Below, piece by piece: positions 62,214 to 64,000 of a stretch of 64,000 nucleotides of DNA (its first letter is position 1; every line of letters begins with the position of its first letter). The DNA lies in the NCBI GenBank assembly GCA_902803715.1, contig CADCRA010000141.1, forward strand, positions 2,132 to 66,131. The letters run 5' to 3'. The stretch comes from an uncultured Bacteroidia bacterium (GTDB lineage Bacteria > Bacteroidota > Bacteroidia > Bacteroidales > UBA932). A program made the translations under genes and the position numbers. The notes beneath the pieces are model-generated. The model was not told where the DNA came from. It searched no databases and was given only the letters and a program-made list of their open reading frames with translations.

Positions 62214-64000
62214 TTACCAGCCCCAGCCGCGTCCGCCGCCGCCACCACCGGGACCGCCCTGGCCGCCGCTGTAGCTGCTGAGCGAGACGGAGGATCCGCC
62301 GGAGATGCCGGATGTCGCCCAGATGCCGTTGCAGTAGGTGCTGCCGCTTACGCTGACGCCCTTGTTACCGGTCTTGAGGGAAGGCGCCGACACCACGAAA
62401 CTGGACAGGTCGGAAGGAGCCTTGAAGGCGCAGAGGAAAGAACTGCCGTCATAGAGGGCATTCCAACTGCCGGCCGTCACGCTCATGGTATAGCAGGTTT
62501 GGGACAGCGAGGAGCCGTGTTCAAGGCCGCCGTAGGCAACGACTGTCGCGCCGCTGTTGATGTAGAGTTTGTAGCCGCCTTTGGTGTTGGCATCCAGCGC
62601 AACTTCCGGGCTGCCCCGGGTCGTGATGGCAAAGACATAACCGCCGGACAGTTTCATGTTGCCGTTGGAATCGATGGCGTCGTTGGCAGTGGAATGGCCG
62701 TAGACATAGCCTCCGGTGACGTTGAGTTCGCCCTGGCAGTTGATGGCGTCATCGCCGGTCGAATAGGCGTAGACGGCGCCGCCTGAGATGGTAAGGTCGC
62801 CCTTGGCTTCGATGGCTTCGCTCTTGGAACAGGTCACGTTGATGGCGCCGCCGGTGACTTTCAGGTTACCGGCGTAGATGTAACTGCGGCCGGAAGCCTC
62901 CTTGAATCCGATCTTGATGCCCTTGGGGGATACGTCGTTGGATTCGCTGCCGGTGGTCTTGATCGTCAGCGTACCGCCGGATACATAACTGTCACCCAGG
63001 GCTTTGTTCTCGGAATAGTAGTCATAACTCCCGGCGCTGACGCCTTTGCCGCCCGATCCGCTGTTGGTGATGGTGACCGTGCCGCCTGTCATGGCGAAAT
63101 AGTTGTCCGCCTTGATGCCGGCCGACCCCTTGTACTCCGCATCGTCGTTGTCGTAGGCCACGCCGCCGGTGACGGTGATATCCGTCGTGCCGCCCTCGAC
63201 CAGGATGTAATCGTCGGAACCGATGCCCTTCTTGGTGGCCGCCGCCGTCGAAACCGACAGGACGCCGTTGGAAAGCTGGACATATTCCTTGCCGCGGATG
63301 CCATGTCCGGCGGAACTGCCGGCTGTCACCTTGACGGTAGGTTTGGACATGAACCGGACATAGTCATCGGATACGATGCCGGATTTGCCCTGCTTGTTGT
63401 TGGCCGTGACGGTCAGGGAGCCGGCGCCGCTGAAGACCAGCTGGCCTTCGCTGAAGAAGACGGCTTTCATGTCCTCGTCGCCGCTGGTCGAATAGGCCGC
63501 GGATGAACCGTCGGCCAGGGTATTCGTCCCTTCGACCATGACGAAGGTCCGCTTGCCGCTCTGGTTGTTAATGGCGGCGCCATTGGGATTGGTGAGGCTG
63601 ACCCCGTTGAGCAGGATGGCCTGTTTCTTCGTGCTGTACAGGGTAAAGGAGCCGCTGGAGGCCGTTCCCTTCAATTCATAGACGATACATTCGGAGCCGG
63701 TGTTGTTGACGGTTACGTTGTTGCCGTTGATGGTGGCGTAGCCGTAGTAGTCGCCGGTCACGGTCGCGAGACCGCTGGAGGCGTAAGTGACGGTGATCTT
63801 CCGGGTGAAGGTCGTATTCGAGATGTCATCGTCGGAAGATGGATCGCCGGTCGAACCATAGGTATAGGTGCCGGTGCCGTCGTCGGAACCGCTGATCACC
63901 CGCAGGCTATAGGAAGCGCTCCCGGCCTCATACGTGTCGGTCGCGATCGACGTGGCTTTGATCTCCGTCGTACCGACGGCGACCAGGGTCACGGTTCCGT
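62214..64000 (-). CDS. Cthe_2159/DUF4353-type carbohydrate-binding beta-helix protein (start lies outside the window)
   Basis: LNGVSLTN, NTLAD, FSEGQL, DDAIN, DAIDSNG; Gly-rich tail. Confidence 0.82.
   Translation of the reverse strand, partial: GTVTLVAVGTTEIKATSIATDTYEAGSASYSLRVISGSDDGTGTYTYGSTGDPSSDDDISNTTFTRKITVTYASSGLATVTGDYYGYATINGNNVTVNNTGSECIVYELKGTASSGSFTLYSTKKQAILLNGVSLTNPNGAAINNQSGKRTFVMVEGTNTLADGSSAAYSTSGDEDMKAVFFSEGQLVFSGAGSLTVTANNKQGKSGIVSDDYVRFMSKPTVKVTAGSSAGHGIRGKEYVQLSNGVLSVSTAAATKKGIGSDDYILVEGGTTDITVTGGVAYDNDDAEYKGSAGIKADNYFAMTGGTVTITNSGSGGKGVSAGSYDYYSENKALGDSYVSGGTLTIKTTGSESNDVSPKGIKIGFKEASGRSYIYAGNLKVTGGAINVTCSKSEAIEAKGDLTISGGAVYAYSTGDDAINCQGELNVTGGYVYGHSTANDAIDSNGNMKLSGGYVFAITTRGSPEVALDANTKGGYKLYINSGATVVAYGGLEHGSSLSQTCYTMSVTAGSWNALYDGSSFLCAFKAPSDLSSFVVSAPSLKTGNKGVSVSGSTYCNGIWATSGISGGSSVSLSSYSGGQGGPGGGGGGRGWGW

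Noticed and set aside
62214-62300. GC-rich low-complexity stretch as a repeat element
   Set aside because: Encodes the Gly-rich tail of the Cthe_2159-type protein

Overview
GC-rich chromosomal window from an anaerobic Bacteroidales bacterium, inferred from TAnnTTTG promoters, a TonB receptor/DUF4249 pair and DUF5686. It is mostly housekeeping: a heterodimeric ABC exporter, GH29 fucosidase, class III RNR (nrdD-nrdG), trpS, a lipid-synthesis cluster, fprA, a purE-L-C-F-M-H-D operon plus purT, serB, mutY and tRNA-Ala(CGC). No integrase, transposase or CRISPR array is seen. Most notable: (1) a VTC/polyphosphate-polymerase x DUF4956 chimeric ORF apparently made by two in-frame deletions, with its usual partner DUF2490 frameshifted 42 kb away next to a Cthe_2159-type protein; (2) adjacent PurC and PurF lacking normally conserved catalytic residues; (3) structured leaders and DnaA-like boxes upstream of nrdD and purE; (4) a TerB-like gene paired with a 23-aa tandem-repeat protein. 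All family calls come from motif recognition by eye, not database searches.
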